Part shown: one piece after another, positions 18,848 to 29,400 of the stretch
Position numbering within the stretch: the stretch's first letter is position 1
How the letters are laid out: each line of letters starts with the position of its first letter
Source of the DNA: Bacteroidota bacterium
Lineage (GTDB): Bacteria; Bacteroidota; Bacteroidia; Chitinophagales; Chitinophagaceae
Direction of reading: 5' to 3'
DNA: 64,000 nt
Assembly (NCBI GenBank): GCA_041162625.1
Contig: JBEASE010000005.1
Coordinates: 263-64,262 of the forward strand
Notes under the pieces: model-generated
The model's database searches: none
The model's input: the letters and a program-made list of their open reading frames with translations, nothing else
Told to the model about the DNA's origin: nothing
Translations under genes and position numbers: made by a program

Positions 18848-19915
18848 TTAGTGGTGCCCCTCATCATGCCCACCTTCAAAAGCCTGTCCAATAAATACAG
18901 CAGTCAGGTTAGTAAAAATGAACGCTTGAATAAAAGCTACCATTATTTCAATCAGATAAATAAAAACAGCAAAGCCAATAGAAAGTGGTGAGAAACCCCA
19001 TCCAGCTATACCATTCATTTCTCCGAAAATAAATATCAATGTTATGAAACTTAATATGATAATGTGACCAGCAACCATGTTGGCAAAAAGACGGACAATA
19101 AGTGCAAATGGCTTAGTGAATACCCCAAGCAATTCAACCGGCAACATGATAAAAATTCTTATTGGTGTTGGAACACCAGGGAACCAAAAAATATGGCCCC
19201 AGAAATGTTTATTGGTACTGAATAATATCACAAAAAAAGAAATCACACCAAGTACAACAGTGAACGCTATGTTCCCTGTCACGTTTGCTGATCCTGGAAG
19301 CAATCCAAATAAGTTATTTATTAATATAAAGAAGAAGACAGTCAGCAAATAAGAAAGATATTTTTTGTACTTACCACCAAGATTAGGCTTGGCGACCTCA
19401 TCTCTAATTAAAGTGATGACTGGCTCAATTGCATTCTGCCATCCTTTTGGAGCAGAAGTTACACCCTGACCTTTTTTGTACTTAGCTGCAATATTGAGCA
19501 TAACTACTACCAGTAATGTTAATGCGATAAACATTTGCACCACATTCTTAGTAATGGAGAGGTCATAAACGTGTTCATTAGCATCTTCTGCATGGATTTT
19601 ATCATGCTCCATTTTATAGCCATTGTAGGCTTCATGTCCGTGATGAAATTTGGAAGATGAAAATACAGAAAGGCCTCTTTCTTTTGAATACAGAATAATG
19701 GGGAGCGGGATGGTTGCATGAAATTCAGAACCATCAGCTTTTTTGAAAGTGAAAAAATGGAATTCATGTGAATCCTGAATGTGCTCCATGATCACCTGTG
19801 CCGGGTTGAGCTTCTCTCCGGCGACTTCCTCGTTTGCTGCTGCAGGTAAGGAAATCAGCACAGAAAAAAGGCTGAAACACGCTACCAGCATAGATTTTAG
19901 GCCATTCAGACGCAT
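18848..19915 (-). CDS. atpB: F0 ATP synthase subunit a (with a long N-terminal extension)
   Basis: Conserved RLFANMVAGH with the essential Arg. It has an extra His-rich N-terminal region of roughly 100 aa behind a signal-like segment. Confidence 0.93.
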   Translation of the reverse strand: MRLNGLKSMLVACFSLFSVLISLPAAANEEVAGEKLNPAQVIMEHIQDSHEFHFFTFKKADGSEFHATIPLPIILYSKERGLSVFSSSKFHHGHEAYNGYKMEHDKIHAEDANEHVYDLSITKNVVQMFIALTLLVVVMLNIAAKYKKGQGVTSAPKGWQNAIEPVITLIRDEVAKPNLGGKYKKYLSYLLTVFFFILINNLFGLLPGSANVTGNIAFTVVLGVISFFVILFSTNKHFWGHIFWFPGVPTPIRIFIMLPVELLGVFTKPFALIVRLFANMVAGHIIILSFITLIFIFGEMNGIAGWGFSPLSIGFAVFIYLIEIMVAFIQAFIFTNLTAVFIGQAFEGGHDEGHH

Positions 19916-19935
19916 AATTGCTCTTAAATTTTGTG

Positions 19936-19943
19936 CAAAGATA
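19936..19943 (-). promoter_or_regulatory. Bacteroidota -7 promoter element (TATCTTTG on minus strand) for the atp operon
   Basis: Exact TAnnTTTG match 20 nt upstream of the atpB ATG. Confidence 0.5.
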
Positions 19944-19984
19944 GTGCCGAAACTTCTAATAAAGCTAGGTTAGGGCAAAAAATA

Positions 19985-21790
19985 TCAGTCAATTTTCGAC
20001 TGTCGCTGGAGTTCTATCAATCTGGTATAGGCACCCCCCTTTTGGAGCAGTTCTTGGTGGTTACCTGCCTCTAAAATTTGTCCTTTTTCCAGCACCAGAA
20101 TTTGATGGGCTTTCTGAATGGTTGATAACCTATGGGCAATTACAATAGAGGTTCTACCGGTGGTAAGCAAGTCAATCGCTCGCTGAATCAGACCTTCCGT
20201 ATGGGAGTCTACTGAGGAAGTAGCTTCGTCTAAAATAAGCAATGCCGGCTTGTATAGTAAGGCACGGATAAAAGAAAGCAATTGCCGTTGTCCAACTGAC
20301 AATGTAGCTCCTCTTTCCATTACATTATAATCATAGCCATTGGGCAGTTGCATGATGAAATCATGGATACCCATCATTTGGGCCGCAGCAATCACTTCGC
20401 CTCTTGTAATTGAAGGGTTTCTGAGAGTAACATTATCCAAAATGGTTCCAGAAAACAGAAAAACATCTTGCAAAACAACAGCAATTCCAGATCTAAGTGA
20501 TTGTATTTCAATATTTTCTACAGGTATCCCATCAATTAAAATGCGCCCAGATTGATGCTGATAGAGGCGATTGATCAGATTAATAATTGTTGATTTTCCA
20601 CTACCGGTATGCCCCACAATGGCCAATGTTTTACCAATCGGCACTTCAAAACTGATATTTTTCAAGATTGGATGACCTTCTACATAGGAAAAACATACTT
20701 CCTCAAACTTTACCTCTCCTTTTAATTGAATAGACCGTGTATTGTGTTGCGTAGGCAATACATCTTGGTTATTCAACACCACTAAAATTCTTTCTCCGGC
20801 AACCATTCCCATTTGCAAGACATTGAATTTATCTGCAATAACCCGAAGAGGGCGAAAAAGCAGGTTCAACAACAAAGTAAAAGAGACAACCTTGCCCGCC
20901 ATTTCCATAGCCTGTCCCGAACCTAAGGCATTTATTTCTGTTGCAGCAAACCATACAAGGATACCCATGGAAAATGCCAAAACAATTTCAACAACAGGGA
21001 AAAAAACAGAATAGGCAAAAATTGCTTTAATGTTTGCATCACGGTGTTGCTGATTGATGACCGCAAATTTTTCTTGTTCTCGCTTTTCTGCCGTGAAAGA
21101 CTGAATGATTTGCATACCAGAAATATGCTCCTGGACAAAAGCATTTAATGCTGCAATGGCATTTCTAACACTGATGAAAGATTTATTTACACTTTCCTTA
21201 AAAAAATAGGTAGCAACAATCAAAAAGGGGAAAGGAATGATGCAAACTAGCGCCAATTGCCAGTCGGTATAAAACATGGCAATCAGAATTGCAATGATGG
21301 AAAGGAAGTCCGCTAAAATTGGAACCAAGCCCTCTGCAAAAATATCATTGACTGCTTCAATGTCATTTATGGTTCGTGTTGTTAATGTACCAATAGGGGT
21401 CTTATCAAATTGCTTTAGATTGAGAGATAAAATTTTATCATATACTTGAACCCTGATATCCTTAACCACTTTGTGTCCAAGCCACGAAGTAAGATAAGTA
21501 AATAGAAATCTCAAGACCGATTCCAACAATAGTAATCCAACTTGAATTAATGTGATAATCAAAAGGAATTGTGTAACTATTTCAATAGAAGTATCAGTAA
21601 CCTCATTTGTTTTTTTTAGGGTTTCATTGATTAAAATTGGACGAATAGGCGCGAGAATTGCCAATAGCACTGCAAGTAGTGTTGATAAATAAAACTTTCC
21701 AGCATAAGGTCTTGCAAATGAAAATATTCTCAGCAAAAGCTGAAGATCAAAAATTTTTTTCTGCTTATCTTTTTCAACCGATCCACCCAT
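19985..21790 (-). CDS. ABC exporter, fused permease/ATPase (MsbA-like half transporter)
   Basis: Six-TM N-terminal domain, Walker A GHTGSGKST, signature LSVGQRQ and Walker B LLILDEATS. Length is 601 aa. Confidence 0.9.
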   Translation of the reverse strand: MGGSVEKDKQKKIFDLQLLLRIFSFARPYAGKFYLSTLLAVLLAILAPIRPILINETLKKTNEVTDTSIEIVTQFLLIITLIQVGLLLLESVLRFLFTYLTSWLGHKVVKDIRVQVYDKILSLNLKQFDKTPIGTLTTRTINDIEAVNDIFAEGLVPILADFLSIIAILIAMFYTDWQLALVCIIPFPFLIVATYFFKESVNKSFISVRNAIAALNAFVQEHISGMQIIQSFTAEKREQEKFAVINQQHRDANIKAIFAYSVFFPVVEIVLAFSMGILVWFAATEINALGSGQAMEMAGKVVSFTLLLNLLFRPLRVIADKFNVLQMGMVAGERILVVLNNQDVLPTQHNTRSIQLKGEVKFEEVCFSYVEGHPILKNISFEVPIGKTLAIVGHTGSGKSTIINLINRLYQHQSGRILIDGIPVENIEIQSLRSGIAVVLQDVFLFSGTILDNVTLRNPSITRGEVIAAAQMMGIHDFIMQLPNGYDYNVMERGATLSVGQRQLLSFIRALLYKPALLILDEATSSVDSHTEGLIQRAIDLLTTGRTSIVIAHRLSTIQKAHQILVLEKGQILEAGNHQELLQKGGAYTRLIELQRQSKID

Positions 21791-21800
21791 TGCTATTGCT

Positions 21801-23993
21801 TCAAAGCTCTCTATTGTTAAATGCTTTTATAAAAAGTGCACCAAGATTTTTATGTGGTGGAATATAATTTTCAAAACGGTCTTCTGCTAGACTTCCTTCA
21901 AATAGTTTACCCAATGCATTCCACATACTTATCCAATCAATACTATCTTGATAAAGAAGAGATTCATTGATCAGCTTCAGCACTGGCTCATTAACCAAAC
22001 GGGATCCCACTTCTTTGGAAGAGATAATTTGGGCATCTGGACAAACTTGTAGCACAGAAGTGAGGTTTTGATAGCTACCACATGAACCAAGCAAAATTAT
22101 TTTAGCTGTTGAAGGAAGCTGAGCAATTGTATATTTTAAATGATAACTGTGCCCTCTATGAATCACAATTGTTGGCTGAATTCCATTCTCTTGCATGTAT
22201 TCAATAAGTAATTCTTGCGCCTTGGCATCAGGATCATTTCCTTTTGAATTATCAAGAGGTTTATTGGCAAAAATCAAAACTGGCTTTCCAACTTGAGATT
22301 GTATTTCAACCCAATTTTCATTTTGAACTATTTTCCACTCTTTTTTTCCTTTAAATAAACCAAGGAAATTTTGAAATGATTGTATACCATCTTTATCACC
22401 ATAGAAAAAAACTTGTTGTACAACTCTACCTGCAGTATCCTTTAAAAAATCAGTAGGAATTTGATATACAGGAGGAACGTTATATTTAGAAATAAGTTGC
22501 CCACTACTGTCTTCGGCAGAAAGAATAAGCAGATTTAAAATATCATATATAGCCTCTCCCCTGCTATTGTTGTACAAAATATTCTGATTGAGGTTAACAA
22601 GGATTTCTTGTTTCATTAATTGTACAATTGCAGGATTCCCTATGCTACCGTAAGAGTCAGCTACATCAACTGCGTCTTCCAAATTATTTGTTTTTTCGAG
22701 TCCACGTACAAAGGCTTTCATCAGCAACTGAGCATTACCTGGTTGCATAGAGGAAAGAAAAGCATCCAGCTTATTGTAACTGGCTGCCATTCTGATAAAT
22801 TTTTTAAACCGATCAAATTTAACCTGCATCAAGAGACTATCACCGTTACGTTGAGGAGCCTTTGCCATCATCCGGTTATATACTCCTACGTAACTAGATG
22901 TATAAATAACATCCTCGCCTGTTACAATGATATAGTAAAGTTCAGGTGCGGTAAGTGGTTGCAAAACTTTAAACCGTTTATCATCAGGCAAATCATGCAA
23001 AGCATTGATTTCATTGATGTAAAGCTCTTCTGCTTTACGCTTAATCATTGCGCCTAATTCTTTATATAGAACTGGCGTGTCTTTTCTACGCAACTCATCA
23101 ATATATTCTAATTGTGTTTTAACCAGTAGCCTATAGTATTTTAAATTGTCTTTCGCAGTTTGCTTAACACTGTCGATGGTCAATCTGCCTTTTTGGATAG
23201 CATGTAAAAAAGGGAAGATTAATCTACCAGAACGTTCATCAGATATTTTTACAATGAGCTGAACTAATGGATCCTTTATGTTTCGAATTTGCTTACCAAC
23301 TCTTGTTTCTGATGCTGCTGCATAATTGTAGAATTTATCAGGGAAAACATAGGCGCACCCAATTAATAAACTATCTGCAAATGGCTGGTCTAAATAAGGT
23401 TCTATTTTAACCAATACTTCACCTGGATGTAAATCTGCAAATTGCTGAAACATCACTACTTTGGCCAGATTCAGTCCTGGGTTTTCAAAGAAAACAGTAT
23501 TATCACCCAACAAAATTTTATTTATGGGATAAGCAAATTGCTCAACTGATTTTCCTAAACCAATACCTGATTTATCTTTTGCATAGTAAACCTTATATGC
23601 TTCGAACAATTGTATTGCGGCTTCCGCAGATAATTGGCCTGATCTTAATGCGCCATATCCCCCATCTAATACAATTTTCAATCCGGTTAAATACTTGATT
23701 TTCGCACGGTGATCCAAAGCCGAGTCTGTCTCTATTTCATTTTGAAGCACATCAACCTGCCTTGTATAAACATCGGTTAACAAGAGATTCAAATCAATAT
23801 CTCTGCTAGCAGCGATGATTCTATCTTGCTTCCCATCTACCCCATAAAGTTTGACTTGTAGCGCGTCGATATCTTCATGCAATTGAACTCTTCTGATATC
23901 GATAGCCAACCTACCAGTATCTGCTTTAGGCCAAGCAAATGAAGTTAGAGAACCAAATAAGAAGGCCAAAAAAAGAGTACACCATCGCAACAT
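21801..23993 (-). CDS. Large secreted protein of unknown function (730 aa) with a C-terminal alpha/beta domain carrying a candidate His/Cys dyad
   Basis: Signal peptide MLRWCTLFLAFLFGSLTSFAW. The C-terminal region has strand-like segments QQVFFYGDKDG, PVLIFANKP, PTIVIHRGHSY and AKIILLGSCGSY. I recognise no family. Confidence 0.75.
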   Translation of the reverse strand: MLRWCTLFLAFLFGSLTSFAWPKADTGRLAIDIRRVQLHEDIDALQVKLYGVDGKQDRIIAASRDIDLNLLLTDVYTRQVDVLQNEIETDSALDHRAKIKYLTGLKIVLDGGYGALRSGQLSAEAAIQLFEAYKVYYAKDKSGIGLGKSVEQFAYPINKILLGDNTVFFENPGLNLAKVVMFQQFADLHPGEVLVKIEPYLDQPFADSLLIGCAYVFPDKFYNYAAASETRVGKQIRNIKDPLVQLIVKISDERSGRLIFPFLHAIQKGRLTIDSVKQTAKDNLKYYRLLVKTQLEYIDELRRKDTPVLYKELGAMIKRKAEELYINEINALHDLPDDKRFKVLQPLTAPELYYIIVTGEDVIYTSSYVGVYNRMMAKAPQRNGDSLLMQVKFDRFKKFIRMAASYNKLDAFLSSMQPGNAQLLMKAFVRGLEKTNNLEDAVDVADSYGSIGNPAIVQLMKQEILVNLNQNILYNNSRGEAIYDILNLLILSAEDSSGQLISKYNVPPVYQIPTDFLKDTAGRVVQQVFFYGDKDGIQSFQNFLGLFKGKKEWKIVQNENWVEIQSQVGKPVLIFANKPLDNSKGNDPDAKAQELLIEYMQENGIQPTIVIHRGHSYHLKYTIAQLPSTAKIILLGSCGSYQNLTSVLQVCPDAQIISSKEVGSRLVNEPVLKLINESLLYQDSIDWISMWNALGKLFEGSLAEDRFENYIPPHKNLGALFIKAFNNREL

Positions 23994-24084
23994 GATGTAA
24001 ATTTAGCACTAATTCAGGCAACTCATTTTGGGGTGTTAACAATTTGGTAATGATGAATCCCTTTACTATCCCCCAAACGAAATG

Positions 24085-24092
24085 TAACTTTG
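24085..24092 (+). promoter_or_regulatory. Bacteroidota -7 promoter element (TAACTTTG)
   Basis: Exact TAnnTTTG match 14 nt upstream of the ATG at 24107. This supports the shorter response-regulator start. Confidence 0.5.
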
Positions 24093-24106
24093 TAAAAACC
24101 CACAAA

Positions 24107-24787
24107 ATGGTATCGGCAGGTAAAAAGATTTTAATAGCAGATGACGAGCCAGATATCCTGGAAATCATCAGCTATAACCTGCAACTTCACGGTTATGAGG
24201 TAATTACTGCCAGGGATGGCGACCAGGCAATCCTAAAAGCCAAGCAAAACCAACCCGACCTGATTATTTTAGATATCATGATGCCCAAAAAAAATGGGAT
24301 CGAAGTCTGTAAAATTCTCAGGGCACAACCAGAATTCAATGAAACAATAATTGTATTCCTGACTGCCCTAAACGATGAACTTTCCCATGTAAAGGGTTTA
24401 GAATATGGCGCAGATGATTTCATCAGCAAACCCATTTCTCCAAAAATCATGGTTTCAAAAGTAAATTCCTTTTTCAGAAGGATCAATAAACCCGAAACCA
24501 CCAACGCAATTGAGCTCGGTGATATCAGGATTGTCCCAGATGAATACATGGTGTATTACAAAGACCAACCCATCAATTTAGCCAAAAAAGAATTCGAACT
24601 ACTAAATTACCTGGCTTCGAAGCCCGGAAGAGTTTTCTTAAGAAATGAAATTTTAAGTAGGATCTGGGGAAGTGAAGTTATTGTGGGTGATAGGACCATC
24701 GACGTACATATCCGAAAAATTCGTCAAAAATTAGGTATCGACTGTATAACAACAGTAAAAGGTGTAGGTTACAAATTCGAAATCTGA
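24107..24787 (+). CDS. OmpR/PhoB-family response regulator
   Basis: Receiver domain KILIADDEPDILE...DLIILDIMMPKKNG and a winged-helix output domain (TIDVHIRKIRQKL...VKGVGYKF). I chose the start at MVSAGKKILIADD. Confidence 0.92.
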   Translation: MVSAGKKILIADDEPDILEIISYNLQLHGYEVITARDGDQAILKAKQNQPDLIILDIMMPKKNGIEVCKILRAQPEFNETIIVFLTALNDELSHVKGLEYGADDFISKPISPKIMVSKVNSFFRRINKPETTNAIELGDIRIVPDEYMVYYKDQPINLAKKEFELLNYLASKPGRVFLRNEILSRIWGSEVIVGDRTIDVHIRKIRQKLGIDCITTVKGVGYKFEI

Positions 24788-24803
24788 TTTCGTACATTGC
24801 AGT

Positions 24804-25847
24804 ATGTTCGAAACGAAAAGTCCCTCAACAAATAGAATTTCATTCTTCATAGCAATAGTTGCAGCAACAGCTGTTGCATTACTGCTATTATTTTTATCCG
24901 TCAACAAAATCATTTTTGTCGTTTCCACGTTTTCAATTTTTTTACTGACTTATTTCTTTTCCCGTTATATTATAGAAGAATTTATCAATAGAAAAATTAA
25001 ACTCATTTATAAATTTATTTATCAAACCAAAGCCTCAAAAAGAGAGGAATTTTACCAAACTAAAGTCTTGCCTCAAAAAAATTTAGAGGAAGTAAGCGAA
25101 GATGTGCTTCAATGGGCAGATCAAAGAAAGGCAGAAATGGAGCTACTTGAAAAAAATGAAGCCTTTAGAAAAGAATTTCTTCAAAACCTGTCACATGAGT
25201 TTAAGACCCCTGCATTTGCTATTCAAGGCTATCTTGAAACGCTAATTTCAGGAGCAATGGATAATCCTGAAGTAAGTAAAAAGTTTTTAAATAATGCCTA
25301 TCATAATACAGAACGACTTATAAATCTCATTTCAGATTTAGATGAAATCACTCGACTTGAGAGCGGTAAACAAGAAATGCATTTACAACATTTTATTATT
25401 CAAGACTTAGTGACAGAGGTGTTTGATGCGTTGATGATAAAAACGGAACCTAAAAATATCAAGTGCCGCATAAAGAAGGGTTGTGAACAACCAATTACGG
25501 TATATGCCGATAAAGAAAAAATCAGGCAAGTAATCACTAACCTAGTTGATAATGCAATTAAATATGGTAACCAAGATGGTCATGTGGAAGCCAGTATTTA
25601 TAAAACCGATAACCAAAGTGTACTATTCGAAATAAGCGATGATGGAATAGGAATTGCGGAAGAACATTTACCAAGAATTTTTGAAAGGTTTTATAGAACT
25701 GATTTTGGAAGAAGCAGAAATATTGGGGGTACAGGATTGGGACTAGCTATTTGCAAACACATCATAGAAGCACACGGACAAATAATTCATGTTAGAAGTA
25801 GCCCTAGTGTTGGAACAACTTTTGGGTTTACATTAAGCAGAAGCTAA
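24804..25847 (+). CDS. Sensor histidine kinase (PhoR-like architecture: two N-terminal TM segments with a minimal loop)
   Basis: H-box SHEFKTPAFAIQGY, N-box DNAIKYG, G1 DDGIGI, F-box FERFYRTD and G2 GGTGLGLAI. Confidence 0.9.
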   Translation: MFETKSPSTNRISFFIAIVAATAVALLLLFLSVNKIIFVVSTFSIFLLTYFFSRYIIEEFINRKIKLIYKFIYQTKASKREEFYQTKVLPQKNLEEVSEDVLQWADQRKAEMELLEKNEAFRKEFLQNLSHEFKTPAFAIQGYLETLISGAMDNPEVSKKFLNNAYHNTERLINLISDLDEITRLESGKQEMHLQHFIIQDLVTEVFDALMIKTEPKNIKCRIKKGCEQPITVYADKEKIRQVITNLVDNAIKYGNQDGHVEASIYKTDNQSVLFEISDDGIGIAEEHLPRIFERFYRTDFGRSRNIGGTGLGLAICKHIIEAHGQIIHVRSSPSVGTTFGFTLSRS

Positions 25848-25874
25848 TTCAAGCAATTTTTATACAAAAAAGAA

Positions 25875-25894
25875 CCCCGACAAGAATGCCGGGG
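25875..25894. terminator. Short GC hairpin between the convergent kinase gene and the 114-aa ORF
   Basis: CCCCG (25875-25879) pairs with CGGGG (25890-25894) around a 10-nt loop. An A-run lies before it on the plus strand, giving a U-run after it on the minus strand. Confidence 0.45.
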
Positions 25895-26018
25895 CGTTGC
25901 AATTAAAAGCCTGTTTTGAGCCTTACAGCCTAAACATAACTAACATAAAGTTGCTTAACCAATGTAAATTGCTGGTTAAGTTAATATTAAGTGTTGATTA
26001 AATAAATGCAAACAAAAG

Positions 26019-26363
26019 TTAACCTAAATAATCAATCAGCCCCTTCTGAGCCCAATTCTTTTTCTCAATTATCCACTGACTGGTGTGTTCTTTAACACCA
26101 GATAAAATTGCCCATGCTTCAACCATATGCTCTTTTTTAATAATTCTCACATTATGAGTATTGTTTGCCTCAACAGTACCTGCAATACTCCCATTTAAAA
26201 GATAGACAGTTGAATTAAATATTTTGCCTACCATCTTGAAAGACTTTCCGTATAAACAATCTCCAATTAAAATGCCAACAACCAGATGATCTTGTGATGT
26301 AAAAACTATATTATTTTGAATTACTGCAACAACTTGCTCATTTTTATTCTTGATGATGTACAT
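26019..26363 (-). CDS. Small hypothetical protein (114 aa) with internal short beta-strand-like repeats
   Basis: The N-terminal half repeats a (V/I)(V/A)G.I.....(V/L)Y... unit about 3.5 times (QVVAVIQNNIVF / LVVGILIGDCLY / MVGKIFNSTVYL / IAGTV). No signal peptide. Confidence 0.5.
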   Translation of the reverse strand: MYIIKNKNEQVVAVIQNNIVFTSQDHLVVGILIGDCLYGKSFKMVGKIFNSTVYLLNGSIAGTVEANNTHNVRIIKKEHMVEAWAILSGVKEHTSQWIIEKKNWAQKGLIDYLG

Positions 26364-26420
26364 AAATACTGATTTAGCACAAGTTGCTGATTAAGTGTTA
26401 ACTCAATATTACTCTAGTAT

Positions 26421-26448
26421 TAAAAAATCCCCCATTAAAATGGGGGAT
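26421..26448 (-). terminator. Intrinsic terminator after the 1105-aa TonB-dependent receptor gene
   Basis: ATCCCCCAT (26427-26435), loop TAAA, ATGGGGGAT (26440-26448). On the minus strand this is followed by TTTTTA. Confidence 0.8.
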
Positions 26449-26480
26449 CTAACTGCATCTGAGATAACTAAAAGAGAATC

Positions 26481-29400
26481 TTAATAATTAAAAATATATC
26501 TAATGCCCAATTGAATCTGGTATACATCAGATAAGGTTTTTGATGCCACCCATGAATCCCTTAGTAATATTGTTTTTCCATCAACAACCTGAGTTGCCAA
26601 ACGATAAATTGGCTCACCAGCCGCTGTCCTACCACGATAGTTCAATGGCTGAGGGGTTGTTGATACATTACCTACACCCCAATTATTATTCAATAAATTC
26701 CCAAAATTGAGGAAATCTGCCCTGAAACGAATGGTATTAGCTTTACCATTCTTACCCACTTTTACAAATATATCTTGCTCAATAGCAAAATCCAATCTTG
26801 TTAACCAAGGTGCCTGCGCTCCATTTCTCTCGGCATAGCCACCACGTCTTTTAGCTAAATATGGATTTGCATCAATAAATGAGCTGAATGCTTGTGCTTG
26901 TTCTGCAGCTGTGAAAGTGGTAGTTCCTACTGCATACTCCTGGAAATTCAGGTTATTACCAACAGCAGGCACGTAGATTAGATCGTTGAACTGACCATCA
27001 CCATTTACATCACTGCTGTAAGTGTAAGACAACTTAAATCCACTTGCAGAGACAAGACCAAAAGAAAAAGTAGTCGCTCCACCAAATTTACCGCCATAAT
27101 TTAAGCGATAATTCACATAACCCATGAAACGATGTCTCAAGTCATTATCAGAGAAACCTTGTCTCAAATAGTTTAATCCATAAATACTTGGTGTACTAGC
27201 ATTAACAGTACTAGCAACTGAAGATAAATCCGTCGCCTTAGCATGTGTATAGGCGATAACTCCACCAAAATTTTTGGTCAATGGTTTTTCTAATTTGGCA
27301 GTTAAAGAGTAAGAATAACCGACGTTGTTATTGGTAAGAACAAATGCATTTCCAATACCGGGGTTCAGGAACCTAACATTTGTTGCAGCTGCACCCGCCA
27401 AGTCTAAAGCTGGGTATATATCTCTCTGGTCATTACCTGTAAACTGTGCATTGGAACGCTTTAAGTTGGCATCATAATAATGCAACATGTTGATGTTCTT
27501 GTTGTAAATAGCCTCTAATGTTGCAACTACTCCCCAGCCCAATTTTTGGTCAATGGCGATATTTGACTTCCAAATTTGCGGGAACTTGAGATCCTGATCA
27601 CCATAGTTGATATTGTACCCTCTTAAACTGTTGATATCAGTTGTTGCAGGAGTGTATTTTGATGGATCAGTGGTAAATGGAAAGTTCAACGCAGTATTAC
27701 CTGTAGCATTTACCAAACCAATATTCACACCATTGTTACCCAACTGATTGCTGATTAAAACATAAGGCAACCTCGACAAGAATAGACCAGAACCACCTCG
27801 GATTTGTGTTTTCTTGTCGCCATTTACATCCCAGTTGAATCCTAGTCTAGGTGAAACATACAACCTCGACTTAGGCATACTACCCGTATTGATGTTGAAT
27901 GGAACACCTGAAGGCTCTCTGAAAGGAAGTGAAGCAACATAAGGATTATAGTAATCAGATGCGGTATTTTCAATATTGAGGTAATCCAATCTTACACCAT
28001 AAGCCAAACGGAAATTGTTGGTCATCTTCACCTCATCTTGCGCATATACAGTATAGAACTGATTTTGGAAAGTCTGCCATGGCAATTTTCCATTAGGCAA
28101 CAAAGTATATCTGTAATTGAATCGTGCGATAGGTACAGGCGAAGTTGTTAGAGCAGGATTTGCTTTGAATGCTAAAGCAGCAGTTTTGAAATCAGCTATG
28201 CTATTAAAAACCCATACTCCATTTGATCCATAAAAGAACAAATTGTTAGATTTGAAGTTTTCATAAGCAGCACCTATAGTTATTGTGTGCTTTCCTCTCA
28301 CAATCGTGGTATTATTAGTAATATTAAATGTTGCATAGTTTAATCGATTGTTAGGAGTGAATGGATCAAAACCAATTGAAGTATAGGTACTACCACCAAC
28401 ACCACTTAATATATCTACAGTAGGAAACACTGCAGTTCTATAGGCCCGATCTTCCAACTGCTTATTGTAGGTAGCAATAAATTGGTTAGAAATACGGTTT
28501 TTGAAACTTGAATTGAGTTCAAGTACAGCCGACCTTGTATTATCTTCAATAATATAGCCAGTGTTTTGACCAGATATAGCCAAAGCAGAATTCTGACGGT
28601 TGCCGTTACCAGCAGTATTACCCGCGTTACTGTTACTAATAGGTACATCACTTTGAGAATCATGGTGCGCATATCTTAGTGTCAACTTGTGAATATCATC
28701 GATATTATAATCAATTCTTGCCAACATTTTTCTACTGAATGATTCATTATTGAAGTTATCAATAGCACCAAGATCATAATCAAAATTTGACTTCATAAAA
28801 GTCTTTAAATCGTCAAGGTCCGCAGCAGTTGTTCTTGAGACGTTACCAGTTGCACCAGTACGATTTGCTACCCAGCTTAAAGCAGGATTGGTACCGTTTG
28901 TGAATTCGCCGTTTATGAAGAAGAAAAGCTTGTTTTTGATGATTGGTCCGCCTACTCTGAAACCATTTGTCTCTACGTTGAAAGGAGTAACTGGGATATT
29001 ATCAATTTTGCTTGCAGCCCTATTACCAGCTAAATCACGGTTGTTCCAGAATCTGAATACAGAACCAGAAAATTCGTTATTACCACTTCTTGTTACTGCA
29101 TTGATGGCAGCACCCGCGAAACCAGACTGACGTATATCGTAAGGAGTGATATTGATCTGTAATTCATCTAATGCATCCAAAGAAATTGCAGTAGAATTGG
29201 TTCTACCTCCTGCCTGAGCATCACTTCCTAAACCAAAGCCATTGTTAAACACAGCACCATCTATTGTGAAATTATTGAATCGGCTATCCTGACCTGCAAA
29301 AGAACGACCATTGCTGTAAGCATTGTATTTGGTAACATCATTCACATTTCTGCCAATGGTAGGGGTCAAGTTCAAAGCTTCTCTTCCGATAGTAACCTTT

